Of a stretch of DNA of 64,000 nt, positions 25,001 through 37,651 are shown piece by piece. The stretch spans positions 14,260,001 through 14,324,000 of the forward strand of contig CM060731.1 in the NCBI GenBank assembly GCA_030704615.1, written 5' to 3'. Below the pieces are notes generated by a model. It was not told where the DNA came from. It worked only from the letters and a program-made list of their open reading frames with translations, and made no database searches. Position numbers and translations under genes: made by a program. How positions within the stretch are numbered: the first letter of the stretch is position 1; every line of letters starts with the position of its first letter. This stretch comes from Takakia lepidozioides. Its lineage: Eukaryota; Plantae; Bryophyta.

Positions 25001-28000
25001 CTCGCAAACACGGGGTTTGAATCATCTGCAATGTCAGGCAGCTCGAGTCTGGGTGCATTCTGAACCAACCAGCCATATGCTGTTGCTGCATGCACAGGTG
25101 ATGAGCCATTGAAGGAATCCAAGACACTGAGAGAAGGAGCTTTGGCACCATTTGCACCATGGGAGACCGGGCTCAGACCTATCCCTGTGTCAAGGATTCC
25201 ACCAGAGTCCACCTTTACTGGTTCATCCAGTTTCATCTGCCTTCCTGAGTCTGAAACTTGAGCAGGCTGGCCACAAGGGCAATGAGTGCCCGAGGTCATT
25301 GCAACTTGGTCAGAGTGCAGAAGGGACTCACTTACCTGGCTATCACTCCGACATGCCTCCTTGAGATGTGAAAGTGCCACATTTTTTAATCCTCGAGCCC
25401 CCCCACTCCTTGTAAAAATGGCATCCAGTTGAGAGAAAAGACGATATGGGCTGCTAGCTGAGTCCCCAGCCAGGGCATCATCCTTTTTTCTTCTCTTTGG
25501 ACAGTCTTGCAAGCAATCAGTAGTGAGCTTTCTATCTCGGCTTTGTTTGGTACTGGCACTGTCACAGCTGCTGCTCAAACTTTCACTTTCATCTCCACCA
25601 ACTCTGGGCTGGCTGACCGTAGCAACACTTTCAACCCTACAGTCAAAACCTACTTCACTTTTCAGAACTCTTCCATGGTTGGTGGGGCTTCCAAGAGAGT
25701 CATGCTTTCCATCAGAGCCCATTGAGTTTGTTGAGTGAGACTCCATAGAACTCTCTTCCTGGATGCTGCTCCCGCTGCTGGTTGTAGCCCGGATAGTAGG
25801 GCATGCTTGTTCTGGCACTTTCTCCTTGAAAATAGCAGTGGGGGCGTAAAGGCACCATGGACAACCGAGAGAGGAATTACCTGCCAGAAGAGGCACGACA
25901 ACAATGTGTTCATCCTCAAACACAGGGACCTGGCCACTACATCTGCAATCACTCACCAAAACCTGCAGACCAAAAAATGTAATTTGAAAGTGAATCTCAA
26001 GGAACGTGCACATACCAATTGGTGCCAAGTGTGAGTACAAGTATAAATAAAACCATGATACACCACTCACTTGAAATGCATGTGATTTTTCTCCTTGATT
26101 GTATGAACATCTTTACATTGCAATATGGCCATATATCCCCCAGCCGGATCAAAGCACCACACAACTGACCTGGTATTCTGCAGAGACTAGGATATGAATG
26201 GTACTCTGATGGGCATCTATTAATTTGTGCCCAAAAAATGCATATAGCACAACAAATGATAGGTAAACCAAAGAGAAATGGCAGATGCCTAGCAGAAGCA
26301 TTGTATTTCAAAAGAACTTGCAAAGGAACAAGCAGGACCTTGGGATGGCGCCAGCAAAATATATGACGCAGTGAGTGTGCATAAGCAGCTGTGCCGGGTG
26401 GTCCTATGAGCTGCATCTGCCCATGCCCATCCTGAGCCAGCCTCAACAGCAGACCCCCTAGCCCTCCCTGGCACATAGATCCAGAAGCCTGCATTAGAAC
26501 TCTCTTCTCTCTCTTCCTATCTTCCACCCAAACAACGTCTTATGAGTACATTCTCTTCCGCCCAAACAAATAAACAGATGCAGAGAGGAAAAGGAGATCG
26601 TAATTCCCCGATGGGTGGGCAGCCTGAAGACAATGTACATTTCCTGATACATTGTCCGGGGTATTCTCACCAGAGAATGACCCTCCTCAGGAACATCAAG
26701 AACATTGTTCCTGCACCTCCATTTCACCAACTTTGAAAATCTCTAGGCTGAGCTAAAGCCCTGGCCCTGTTGGGGTCTATTGCTGCGCAGCTCACACACA
26801 ACACATCTATGCTTGTTTGAGGGGCTGATATCTGGAAAGCCCAAACTAATTGTCTATACCAAGGTAAGTCCCACTACCGGAGTGAGCCCCTCACAAAGAT
26901 AGTGCCTGTTCCCTTTTGTTCCCCCCAAAACTGGGTCTGTGACCACAGGCTTGTAGTCACGGCAGAAAACGTCTTATGAGTACATTCTTTCTCTAGTTGG
27001 AAAGATTCATGAAGCAAGGACGAACACTCATTTCCTCAATTCTTTGTCTGCTGTTAGAGTGTTTTATGGGACGAAGTAGATACTCTGGTCTTCTTCAAAA
27101 CTACTCCCTATCAGAAGTATGCAGTTTTGAATGGTATAGTTGCTCGGCTACTAGCTTGGAATGGAATTGAATGCACATGGATCTGTCTTCTGAACATGTT
27201 GGAGTTACTGTACAACAATTTATTCTGTTTGTCTCCTTTCCATAGATCCTTCAGTTAACTTTTTCCAGACTCCTGTCCTAAGTTCTTCAAGGCTCCTGTG
27301 GAGTTTATAAGGTCTCTCTCCTGCTTGTTGTCTGTATCAAACGGACACTGATGGAGAGTGCAAGGAGTTCAGGGCTACAAGTTTAGGGCTGGATTTGAGT
27401 TTAGCATTGAGAGATTTCAGATGAAGGTCAGTTTAAAAAGAACTTGTGGATTTGGCCAGGCTCTCCAAAACAATTATTCATGACCTGGCATGTGGAAGGT
27501 TTTTGGGAGGAAGAATTTTCGTCCAGCCCTGTAAGTGACAATAAGGCATAAACCCATGTTCCTGAAAAGTAGATTTCAGGAACAACTCCCTTCTTGAGGA
27601 TAGTGCTGTGAGTGTTCAAACCTAATGTGTTCCCAGGTGAATGTTAGATACGGCATTTTCTTGAGGGCACAGGATATTAACCCTCGCAGACCCAGTTGTA
27701 CAGTTCAACCAACCAAGGTGTAAACTTGGTCCGCAATTGCCATTGCGTTCAGAAACAGCCGATGCAATCAGTTAAAGGATTGATTAACGGTTCAAATGAG
27801 AACTGGCAGCTACCTTAATGAAGAGCTGGTCAGTACGGGTGTCGGAGAGATGTATAGACAGCCGGAGAAACTCACAGCTGATTGGGGAAGAAGAGATGTG
27901 AGAAGCACACACGAGAGGCGGGCAGAAGGGCGCAGCTTGTGTTCCAAAGCTAGGCGCGCAAAGCCTTCCGGCACATTGATGAGATATTGTGCAGCCCCTG

Positions 28001-28085
28001 CGGGCGCTGACAGCAAGAGCGCGGGGCCAACCCCGTCAGCTGCCGCATGCAGGATCCGTGCTTGATAGCTTGTGTGTGAGCTCAT
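22069..28085 (-). CDS. tRNase Z long form (ELAC2/RNase ZL, metallo-beta-lactamase fold), 5 exons, ~1240 aa
   Basis: Exons 27876-28085, 26339-26467, 23527-25962, 22707-23147, 22069-22578, all GT-AG and phase 0. N-terminal YLINVPEG..R and GGLGGLLL..LIGP. C-terminal FLGTGSAEPSKFR, LLDAGEG, SHKHADH, VYSGDTRP, IHEATF, RHST, LTHFSQRYP. Confidence 0.88.
26555..26967 (+). mobile_element. 5'-truncated LINE (ORF2 C-terminal zinc-knuckle end plus 3' UTR) in tRNase Z intron 1
   Basis: 21-bp TSD AACGTCTTATGAGTACATTCT at 26534-26554 and 26968-26988. Internal peptide EDNVHFLIHCPGYSHQR matches the ExxxHxxxxC end of LINE ORF2. Confidence 0.8.
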
Positions 28086-28213
28086 CGTCGCTCCTCAGTC
28101 AACACATAACAAAGCCCACACACGACTTGTGCTTTCTACAGTCTCGCATAGACTACTACTCTCATCACTGCACAATCCTCATCCTGTTTTCACACAGGAA
28201 TCAGGCTAGAATC

Positions 28214-28241
28214 AGGGTTTAGGGTTTAAGATTTAGGGTTT
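28214..28241 (-). promoter_or_regulatory. Telo-box / interstitial telomeric motif cluster upstream of tRNase Z
   Basis: AGGGTTT AGGGTTT AAGATTT AGGGTTT (AAACCCT on the sense strand) ~130-155 bp upstream of the ATG at 28085. Confidence 0.55.
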
Positions 28242-29374
28242 CAATAGATAGCCAACTATAGTCCAATAATAGTTAGCTCAGCTGGAAAGTGCACAATGTG
28301 TCGCCTTGGTGGTTCCGGGTTCAATCCCGCTTCCCTGCCCGGTGTGTGGATTGGTCGTTTCTGGATGTTATCGCCCTGAGTGTCTCCATGGCTTATCTGA
28401 AAGGGGGTTAATTTTCCCCCCTCCTCAAGGGCCTGAATCGCTCTCAGGTTGTTTTCTTTTTTTCTTTTCTTGAATAATTCCCAGGTTTCCTTTATAAAAC
28501 CAAAACAAAACAATATAGTCAAATAGCCAAATATAGCCAAACCAAATAGCCAAATATAATCAGGTAAATATAGTCCAGATAGTCCAAATATAGACAAGTA
28601 AATTATTTCTGTTTAATTCTTTATTCATGTATTTTTGCATATTTGGTGGGGGGAAAGGTCCCAGTTTTATCAACGAAGCTTTTGTATAGGGTACGGTGGC
28701 TGGAGAGCAGGAACTTTAAGCGGGAGGGTATGTGGAGGAACAAAGAACTGGCTCAAATTTCCTACGGGATTTGGTAGGGTACCTTGCACCCAGTAAGCTA
28801 CCCTCCAACATCCCCTAGAAAATTTGAGCAGTTCTTTACGCAGTCAGGAAGACCGCGTCATGAAGCCCTGTGAAGCTGCCAATTTCCAGCAGTCAGTGGG
28901 TAACTCAAATGCAGGAAGTACTAGCTACAAAAGAGGTTGGGGATGGACGGACAGCATGCTGATTGTTCCTGTTAGCTTGCGCTTGCTTTGATCTTTGCTG
29001 CATTGCAGCCCTGTTGTGGCAATGGGGTTGTGTACCCATCTCTTTGTAAGCCTCATGGCAATGTAAGGCTATTTTACCTTGAATCAATTTGACTCACAGG
29101 GCTCCGCCCCCTTCTTTACTAAAGAAAGAAGAAGAGAAAAGAGAGTAATCCCGGTGTTGCTGTCCAGAAATCCTCTAGCTTTTAGTAGCATAGGTATATG
29201 GGTCACTATGCCTGCACCATGGCTAACAGGTGGAAAATCGAAGGACTACTTTCTGCTAGTTTCCTCATACAAAAGCTGATGGAGCACTGAACGAATTGCC
29301 ATGTCATTGTACATGGAAAAGACACCCTCTCCTCCATCATCTGAACATTTCAGCATTTAAGAACATGCTCCTTC

Positions 29375-29690
29375 CACCAGTAACTCCCCACAAAAACACA
29401 CTCCATCTTGGAAGCGGTGAAAGGCATCCCGTACAACTGCTCACCCAACAATCTTCGAGATGTACTTGGTGAGTGTATGGCAGTCGCCACACACACGAGG
29501 CTTTTGATGATGTAGAGAGGAATCCCAGATGTGCTGATTAGCCCAGAAGCAATGGCCGACTGACCAGCTTCTCACTGCGGTGACAATGAGAATATTCCTT
29601 TTGCTCCTCCTCCACATCATGTGAGGCACGTACCCTGACTTCTACATCTGCCCAGACAATCTTTACAGAATTTCCTCAATTTGTGGGCAC
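29375..29690 (-). pseudogene. Degenerate second E+/DYW domain fragment downstream of the intact PPR-DYW gene
   Basis: RVCGDCHTLTKYISKIVG and frameshifted RDAFHRFQDGV...CG.YW pieces. Nucleotide similarity to 30026-30370. Confidence 0.8.
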
Positions 29691-30025
29691 CTTGGCAGCT
29701 ACTTTCAAACTGTAGTCTGCACGTTGAGACCTGCATGTTGAGACCTGCATTCTCATTGAAATGACTGGTGGTTAGTAGAGCAATAGGCGTCCTCTTTCCA
29801 ACTCTTTCTTTTCTTGGTAATGAAGTTCTCTATCTACTTGCCCAGATTTTACTGTAGCAGTTAAATTTGGTTTTAGCATAACAGGCTATTCATATTGTTC
29901 TACTTTGTCCCGAGGGCCCCTATGGATGTTACTTTCTTCTTTCAATGCCAATCGGTGTGGTCATGACCGTGTCTTCACCTGAGGTATAAACTGCTGTATA
30001 TGAGGGATTGAGCACTTTGCTCATA

Positions 30026-33000
30026 TCACCAGTAATCCCCACAAGAACACACTCCATCTCGGAAGTGGTGAAACCGGTTCGCATCCCTTACAACAATTGT
30101 TCGCCCAGCAATCTTTGAGATGTACTTGGTGGCCGTGTGGCAGTCACCACACATACGAAGGTTCTTGATGAGACACAAAGGTGTCCCAGGGGATGTGCTG
30201 ATCAGCCCAAAAGCGATGGCCAGCTTCTCACTGTGGTGCCCCAGAGAGGATTCCTTTCGCTCCTCCTTCACATCATGCAATACAAAGCGTGTGTCAGGCA
30301 CATACCCTGCCTCCTTCATCTGCTCAGACAACCTTTCCAGCTCAGCATGGATTTCTTCAATTCGTGGATGAAGTTTGTCATCTACAAGGAATGTGTGCGC
30401 CCCTTCGTTGACCTCAATGCAGCAGCGACCTGGCTCCTTTCTGACCCCTCTGGCCTTCATCATCTTCCTTACCTTTGCTGTATCATCCCACCTGCCAGCT
30501 GCAGCATAGACATTCGACAGCAGCACATAAGTTGCAGCATCCTGTGGATCCCACTTGAGACTGCATTTTGCTGCACGTTCGGCCACCTCGACGTTGCCAT
30601 GAATTCTGCAGGCACCAAGCAAGGCCTTCCACACCACAGCATCTGCTTCGGTTGGCATGTTCTTAATGAAGTCCTCGGCCTCATCCAAATGCCCTGCGCG
30701 ACCAAGAAGGTCCACCATACAGCCAAAATGCTCCCCTGTAGGACTGAGGCCATGATCTTGACTTAAAGTATCCCAATACTGTCTTCCTTCATCCACTAGG
30801 CCCATATGGCTACATGCAGAGAGAACACACAGAAATGTGATACAATTTGGCTTCAACCCTTCCTGTTGCATTTGTTTAAGCAAATCCAGAGCTTTCCTAC
30901 CAAACCCATGCTGGGCATATCCTGCAATCATTGCGTTCCAGGAGACAATGTTTCGTTGTGCCATGTTGTCAAACACATGACGTGCATCCTCTATATTCCC
31001 ACATTTGGCATACATGTCGACCGTGGCAGTGCCCAGAATTGTATTTGGCACGATTCCCGATGTCAAGAGGTCAGCATGGACCTCTTTACCCTTCTCCAGG
31101 GCTGCCAGGCTGGCACATGCATTGAGAACGCAAACAAATGTGACCTGGTTAGGTATCACCCTTTCATGTTTCATTTGCTCGTAGGTCTCCAGAGCCTCCC
31201 TACCACACCCATGCTGGGCATATCCTGCGATCATTACATTCCATGAGACCACATTTCGTTGAGCAATATTATCAAATATACCACGTGCATCCTTTATGCT
31301 CCCACATTTGGCATACATATTAACCAGTGTATTCTCCAGAATGATACCTGGCACAATTTCAGCTTTCAAGATTTCAGCATGGACCTCTTTCCCCTTTACC
31401 AAGAAACTGTGGCTGGCACAAGCATTGAGCACACATATGAACGTGACATGGTTGGGAGTCACCCTTGCCATTATCATTTGCTCATAGGTCTCTACAGCCT
31501 CCCTACCACACCCATGCTGGGCATATCCTGCAATCATCGCACTCCACGAGACCACATCTCTTTGAGCCATATTGTCAAACACTTGTCTTGCATCCCTTAT
31601 GCTCCCACATTTGGCGTACATGTCGACCAGGGCAGTGTCCAAAATGGTATCGGACACAATCCCAACTTTCATGATGTCAGCATGGACCTGTTTGCCCTTC
31701 TCCAGGGCTGCCAGGCTAGCACAGGCCTTGAGAATGCAAACGAATGTGACGTGGTTGGGGGTCACACCTTCCTCTATCATTTGCTCATAGGTCTCCAAAG
31801 CCTCCCTACCATTACCATGCTTGGCATATCCTGCCACCATTGTATTCCATGTACACCTATCTCGTTCAGGCATTTTGTCAAACACCTGACGTGCATCTAC
31901 AATGGTTCCACACTTGGCATGCATGTTGACAAGCGTGTTGAGTAGAAAGATGTCTGGCTTGATTCCACTTTTGATAATGTGGGCATGAACCTGCTTTCCC
32001 TCTGCTAGGCCTTTCATCTTGATACACTCCTGCAAGAGACAGGCATAAGTATTGCAGTCTGCCAATATGGCCCCTTGGTTCAAAATGTTCAATGCATCTT
32101 TCAGTCGTCCCGCCTTACATAGTGACCTAACATCCCCACAAGTGCCCAAAGAATTCTTGTCGACTCCTTTGCTTGGTCCTCTTCCAAATACAGTCGTGAC
32201 ATTGTATGTGTCTGATCCAAGCAACTGTGCTGCTCGTGCTTTCAATCGATCATCCACCCATGGAGGCTTCTTGTTGCTATCAGTCGACAGTACCTCTTTG
32301 GTACTCTTGTGCTTGGAATCTAGTCCTCTCTGATGGATCTGCACCCACACTCCGTCCTGGGCTCCTTCAGCCATCCTTGCCTCCACAGCCAGAATCATGT
32401 GGATCCTAGGCCCCACAGCAAGTGACTAACAGTGAACCCGAATCTATACATAAAACATACTACCCCTACCTCCTTGCCAACGTTGGCTCTGGCATAATCT
32501 TTCGGGACCTTTCCAGCTGGAACCTAAACCTCCGAGAGTTGTGAGTTAGGTTTGAACTACCACGTAGATCAAAATCCTCATACTGCTTGCACACAGCCAA
32601 CTAAACAGTCATAAGGGATTCAGTGTTGAGAATTACGTATTGGTGCAAAGTGCGGTGTTTCACAGAGTCAGCATTGCTACATTGGCCCTCCAGTCTAGAT
32701 ATAAGTCTAGTGGCTGTGGTTGCAATACCAATTTCCTACAAGTTCAAACCAGGTAGAGAATATTGACTGTTGGCATGTGCCACCTCCACAGCTTCATCCT
32801 AGCAGGATAATCCTCCTCAGAGATAGTTGGGGGTGGATCGACCAGGGTATTGAGAAGACCTGGAATCTCAATACGACAGGCGTTCACCTTTTTACCTCGA
32901 TTGTCCAACCATTGATTGGGGTCTGCAAAATATTCGTTCCAACGCTTCTTCAAGTCTGTAATTTCGCTTTTTGAAACTTGGCGTTTCTGGCCTCCTCGCT

Positions 33001-33313
33001 CTTCCCCCTCTCCCTTACCTTCTAGTCTCCATTCATGGTCTCCTTTCTCATCTTCCTCTCCACTAATTGAATCTTCATTTTCTGCTCTCCACTGCCCCGC
33101 AATCATCCCGAAACTGCTTGAAGCAAATCTGCCTGCAATCCAGTTCGGAGAATGCACGGGGAACCCGTACAGAGAATACAGGCCACACCTTCCTGAAACT
33201 CTCAGCACGGGGTCAGGCTTGCAAGCAGCGTAGCCTTGGGGAGGCTTGCGAGTGAACTCCGACACACCTGGAGAACATGTGGAGGGCGCCATGTTTACTA
33301 CATGCGCTGCCAT
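30026..33313 (-). CDS. PLS-class PPR protein with E/E+ and DYW deaminase domain (organellar C-to-U RNA editing factor), N-terminal OSB-type PDF-like motif, 2 exons, ~912 aa
   Basis: Exon1 32888-33313 (AAG/GTGAAC donor) and exon2 30026-32338 (GTGCAG/ acceptor), phase 0. P-L-S triplets, PG box (KEPGRCCIEV), HSEKLA, CGDCH, terminal CSCGDYW. Confidence 0.92.
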
Positions 33314-34202
33314 TCCTGCTCCTTCTCCACGACTTTCTTCAAATAACCCAACATCAAATCATGGTAATGCATTGCTTACACTAGACCACAAGAGATCATG
33401 ATGCTGCACCTCCTCTTCTCTCTCCATGCAAGCTTCCGGTGAAGGATCCAAACAAACCCAACACACAACAGAATTCTGCCTTGATATAATAAGTCTCTCG
33501 GTTGTCCCGAGAGCCAAATTGCACAGACCAACGCTTAGAATACGGAACCCAAGTTTAAGTCATCGAAATGGAAGCAACTGCTCACACTACTCCACTAATC
33601 CGCCTCCGTAAAGCCCAACGATGCAGCACCACTTTTTCTCTCTCCATACTACCCACTGCGAGCTTCATCACCACTTTAGCATTCAAACACACCGAACAGC
33701 CGAGTACCCATTGTACCTTGAAATCGTAACCCCTAACCTTCTTCGAGCATAATCATACAGGTTACTAATTGTAATCGTACAATCACACGAGTTGGACAAA
33801 GAGCAGAGTTCTCTGCTCTTTGAAGAATGTTCTGCATTGTGGGTTTCTATGCGTACACGACCGATCTGACAAGCGCGACAATTTTCATTTTGTCAAAGAG
33901 ATTGGAATCCTGCATCATCACAAAAGCCCTCTAAGCTTAGTACACAAGTACGTAGTCATCAGTCGGTAGTCATCAGTAAATCATACCCGCGGATCAACGA
34001 AAGATTTAAGAAGAAAGGATCCGAGGAATGGTGAACTGTCGACGTGTGGCGGCAGTTTGCCTCCACGAAGCCGCATGAACAGCTTCCAGTTCATGTTTTG
34101 GTGAGCTGCAGTATGGAAGGGATGATCCAGCGCAAGATTCTTCCGTGGGGCCACACTCCATGTTATTTAGAGAGCCGAGAGCAGTGAGAGTTGGCTTAAG
34201 CA

Positions 34203-36465
34203 ATGGTGGGCGTGGTGGCTGTCGTGGGTGTCGGCCCGGGGCTGGGCACTTTGCATCGTCGCCATCCTCTCTCGTAATTCTGGTCGGTGACCGTTTCTTC
34301 CAAATTGAGTTTTCTTTGGAAAGCTTTTGTGCACATCTCTGCTCTTTCACAGGGCATTTGTTGGTTGTTTTGTTGGTTGTTTGGAATGTAGCTCTGGGTG
34401 TCTATCTGGGCCTGATCATTCGATTTTCCATACACTGAAACCGTAGGAAGTTTTTGGACCTCTTCCCCTATATTCTCCAGCGATCTATGCTTTTCTGTTC
34501 TTCCCCCTGCCTTAAGTTAGCTGGTTACACTTTATGTTAGCATGCATCAAAGGAAATTCCATGGGAGACATATCACGAGGCTCGCGCCCTATCCATCCCC
34601 AAGGGTCAAGTCCAAAATCCTTTTGTTAAGAGCGAAGAAAATGTCGAGGCTTTGAGTCCAATGAGCCGACAGCAGTCTGAGTTGAAGAAACACAATCCCT
34701 GTCAAGGTTTGTAATTGGTGTCAGTGAATAGATTGTGATACGATGGCGAGTCTACTACCGGGCGCTACTTCTGACAAGAGATGGTTCTCTCTGCAGAGAA
34801 GCTGAGGAAGCTTGCTGAGGAAATAGTGGACAAGGAGAGCACTGCGCAGGTGTGCGCCATTCCCATAGACTGTGCTGATGCCAGGTCGGTGAAGGAGGCC
34901 TTTGAGGCTGTGAACTCGCTCGGCACCGTCGAAGTCCTGGTGTGTGCCTCTTGACCTTTTCTTCTCACACATTTAAAAGGAGGAGCGAGATTGGGGCACA
35001 ACGTCCATGGAATGCTGCCATTGGTTACTTGCGTATATAGGCCTTGCATGTTGGAAATGATGTGACTGGAAACAACTCCAGTCCTCCCCTTCCTTAATAT
35101 CTACTCACAATTTCCCAGATGTGATCCATGGGGTCATATGCCCACTTTTTGGATGTTTGAAGTGGTCAGAAGTGCATGCTTGAATGCTCTCGTCTCATGA
35201 CATATGCTTGAGGTTACAGGTGTACAATTTGAAAACAACGTTTCCATGGCCTCCTCGAAAGTTTACAGACATCAGCTCGGAGTCATTTGAGCAGTCATTG
35301 ATGGCACCCAGTATGGGTGCCTTCCACTGTGTTCAGCAGGTTTGTCTACTTTCTTCCCTTGCAAATGGTTCATAGAAGACTACCAAGAAGTCCAGCACTC
35401 CACACTAGGTAAAGCTACAGTATTGTCATCAACAGTATCGTTATTTTTTGAAAAGTCACTAGACTGTTGTGTGAGTGGGGCATGGCAATGTTGGGTTGAG
35501 GTTGATACTCTGGTTGGCTAAATTCCCCCTTCAACTGACTTCAGGAGGGTGGATGGATGGTCAAGGAGTTCATTGTCCTCCCTGTCACTTTCTTCTGCTC
35601 AATTCAAACTGACAGTATCCATCAGCACCAATCAACAGAATGAAGGAACAGTCAATCACAAGAGTGAACTGCTTCAGAAGTTCATTTATAACTGTCAGCT
35701 TGCTAAGTGACACCAGTGGATGGGTTGGGCAGGTATTACCGGGCATGGTTGAGAGGCAAAAGGGTACTCTGTTGTTTACAGGAGCTACTGCTTCCATTAG
35801 AGGGGGTGCAGGCTTTGCAGAACTTGGTGTGTAGTACATTCTGATTCCTTCATATCCCTTGATCTCCTCACTGTTGCATAAACGTAATCTAGCAAGGTTG
35901 TTCTCATAGGTAAAAGATGGTTGTTTTTGGTGGTGAAGTGTCACTCATGTTGAAAGTTAGAGCATTAACAACAGAATTGCCTATGGAGTTGTACTTTGCA
36001 GCATGCACCTTATATGGTACTGGTGATTGCTTGTGGCTTTAAGCTTATCTCCGGGAGATGTTGGTGCAGCCTGTGGAAAATTTGCACTGAGAGCTCTTGC
36101 ACAATGTCTAGCACGGGAGTATCATCCACAAGGCATCCATGTTGCTCATGTGATTATTGACGGCATTATCGGCAACTCCAGGTTAGAACTGACCACCTTG
36201 GCAGCTGTACAACCACAAAGATGATAGATGCATGCATTTGGCGGTGCATCCTTGTAAAACTTTCTTACCTTGCCCGCCTGTCTGGGCATCTCTGCATTTT
36301 AGAACATACTAAAGCTGCTACACTGGTGTGGGTCTAAAAACTTTTCGACTCCTTTCATCTGGGGTCATGGGGTCAATGTAGTGAGCAACGCACGACATAG
36401 CACGCAGTTGATTCCGACATTACTCACATGAGCTTGATCTGCGCCCCAACCAGGAGAAATTTTAG
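34203..36465 (+). pseudogene. Short-chain dehydrogenase/reductase (SDR), apparently pseudogenised
   Basis: Exons ~34203-34282, 34797-34939, 35220-35339, 35733-35826, 36070-36181 and remnant ~36426-36465. Motifs VVGVGPGLG, GTLLFTGATAS, CGKFALRALAQCLAREY..GIHVAHVIIDG, HELDLRP. Frameshifting deletion in exon 1 and a disrupted last exon. Confidence 0.78.
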
Positions 36466-36873
36466 TGATGTCTGCTGAGTTGTTGGAGATTGCAGTCTCA
36501 AGTTACTTTCGTGCATGATCCAAGTCTTTGTAGCTTCTGACATGCCATCACGGACAGTGAGAATCAGATGAAAATATAATGAACAGTGGTTTTGGCTGAA
36601 TGCCTTGCGTAAGCAGGTTCCCAATCCTCAAAAGTATTCGATTTAAATCCGTGGATCTTTGGCGATCATTCCCAATAGGTTCCCAAAGCTATTAATTCCC
36701 AACATGTCTCCCAAGTTCGCAAAGAATATTTCAAAAAACTGAGTAGACAGTTTGTACACCCAGAAATAGTGTGAAACTGTCTCGCAACTTTCTTTTCAAG
36801 AGAGAAGAGTGATGCACTGAAATGCTGTGCAAGAATTGAAGTGGTACTTCATAGTTCATACAATGCTTCCTGC

Positions 36874-37102
36874 ACTAAAGTCTTGGTCAGGCTGTTGTCT
36901 GCAGTGTACTGGCTTAACTTGTGTGGTATATGAGATACTCTTCATTCTGTTCTAAAACCTTAGATCTAGAACAGACTAAAGTCTTGGTCAGGCTGTTGTC
37001 TGCAGTGTACTGGCTTAACTTGTGTGGTATATGAGATACTCTTCATTCTGTTCTAAAACCTTAGATCTTCATTCTGTTCTAAAACCTTAGATCTAGAACA
37101 GA
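36874..37102. repeat. Recent 101-bp tandem duplication with a nested ~28-bp re-duplication
   Basis: ACTAAAGTCTTGGTCAGG... starts at 36874 and again at 36975 with essentially identical sequence. TCTTCATTCTGTTCTAAAACCTTAGATC is repeated once more. Confidence 0.9.
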
Positions 37103-37651
37103 CGACATTTTTCCGGTTATATCTTGTCAATACTCACATCAGGAAAATCCTTTGTTTCGTGCTTCACATTTTCTTCCAGTATACCTAGTATCATTTCGGC
37201 CTTAATGATTGGGATTTTGGGATTTTGATAGTGATACGCATGTGCATGACCCTGTTGACCATAATAGTTCTATGGCTGCATTTGCTACCACGGTTATATC
37301 GCAGGTGCCTTATCAAGGTCAACATTGAGTATCTTTCATGGAAAGCCCAGCAAACCATGATTACCATTCACTTCAAATACAATTTCTAATTTATCAGTTA
37401 CATGCAGAGCTCTATCTCCTAATTCAAACTGCATATTGACCCACATTCTTCAAAACCTTCGACGTAACTCATGCATGAGACCAGATTAGTTTTGCATACT
37501 GACGCTTGATTGCTAGTGAAAGAAATGTCTTCAGTCAGGAAGACAACTTATTCTGAATAGGTAACTGGAGCAGAAACCAATAGCACAGATCAGAGCTTCT
37601 GCTACTGATCTGAAGGGTCAACTGCGCCATCTAGCAACCAGGGAATGTGCC

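Noticed and set aside
30026-30420. U-to-C type (DYW:KP) editing domain
   Set aside because: It has a canonical PG box, HSEKLA and a DYW terminus, i.e. the standard C-to-U type.
30120-32409. Multiple plus-strand ORFs of 60-230 aa
   Set aside because: Antisense shadows of the repetitive PPR coding sequence.
32339-32416. Start of the PPR-DYW protein at the 796-aa ORF's first codon
   Set aside because: It is a non-ATG start lying in the probable intron. A good acceptor at 32339 joins exon 1 in frame and completes the PDF-like motif.
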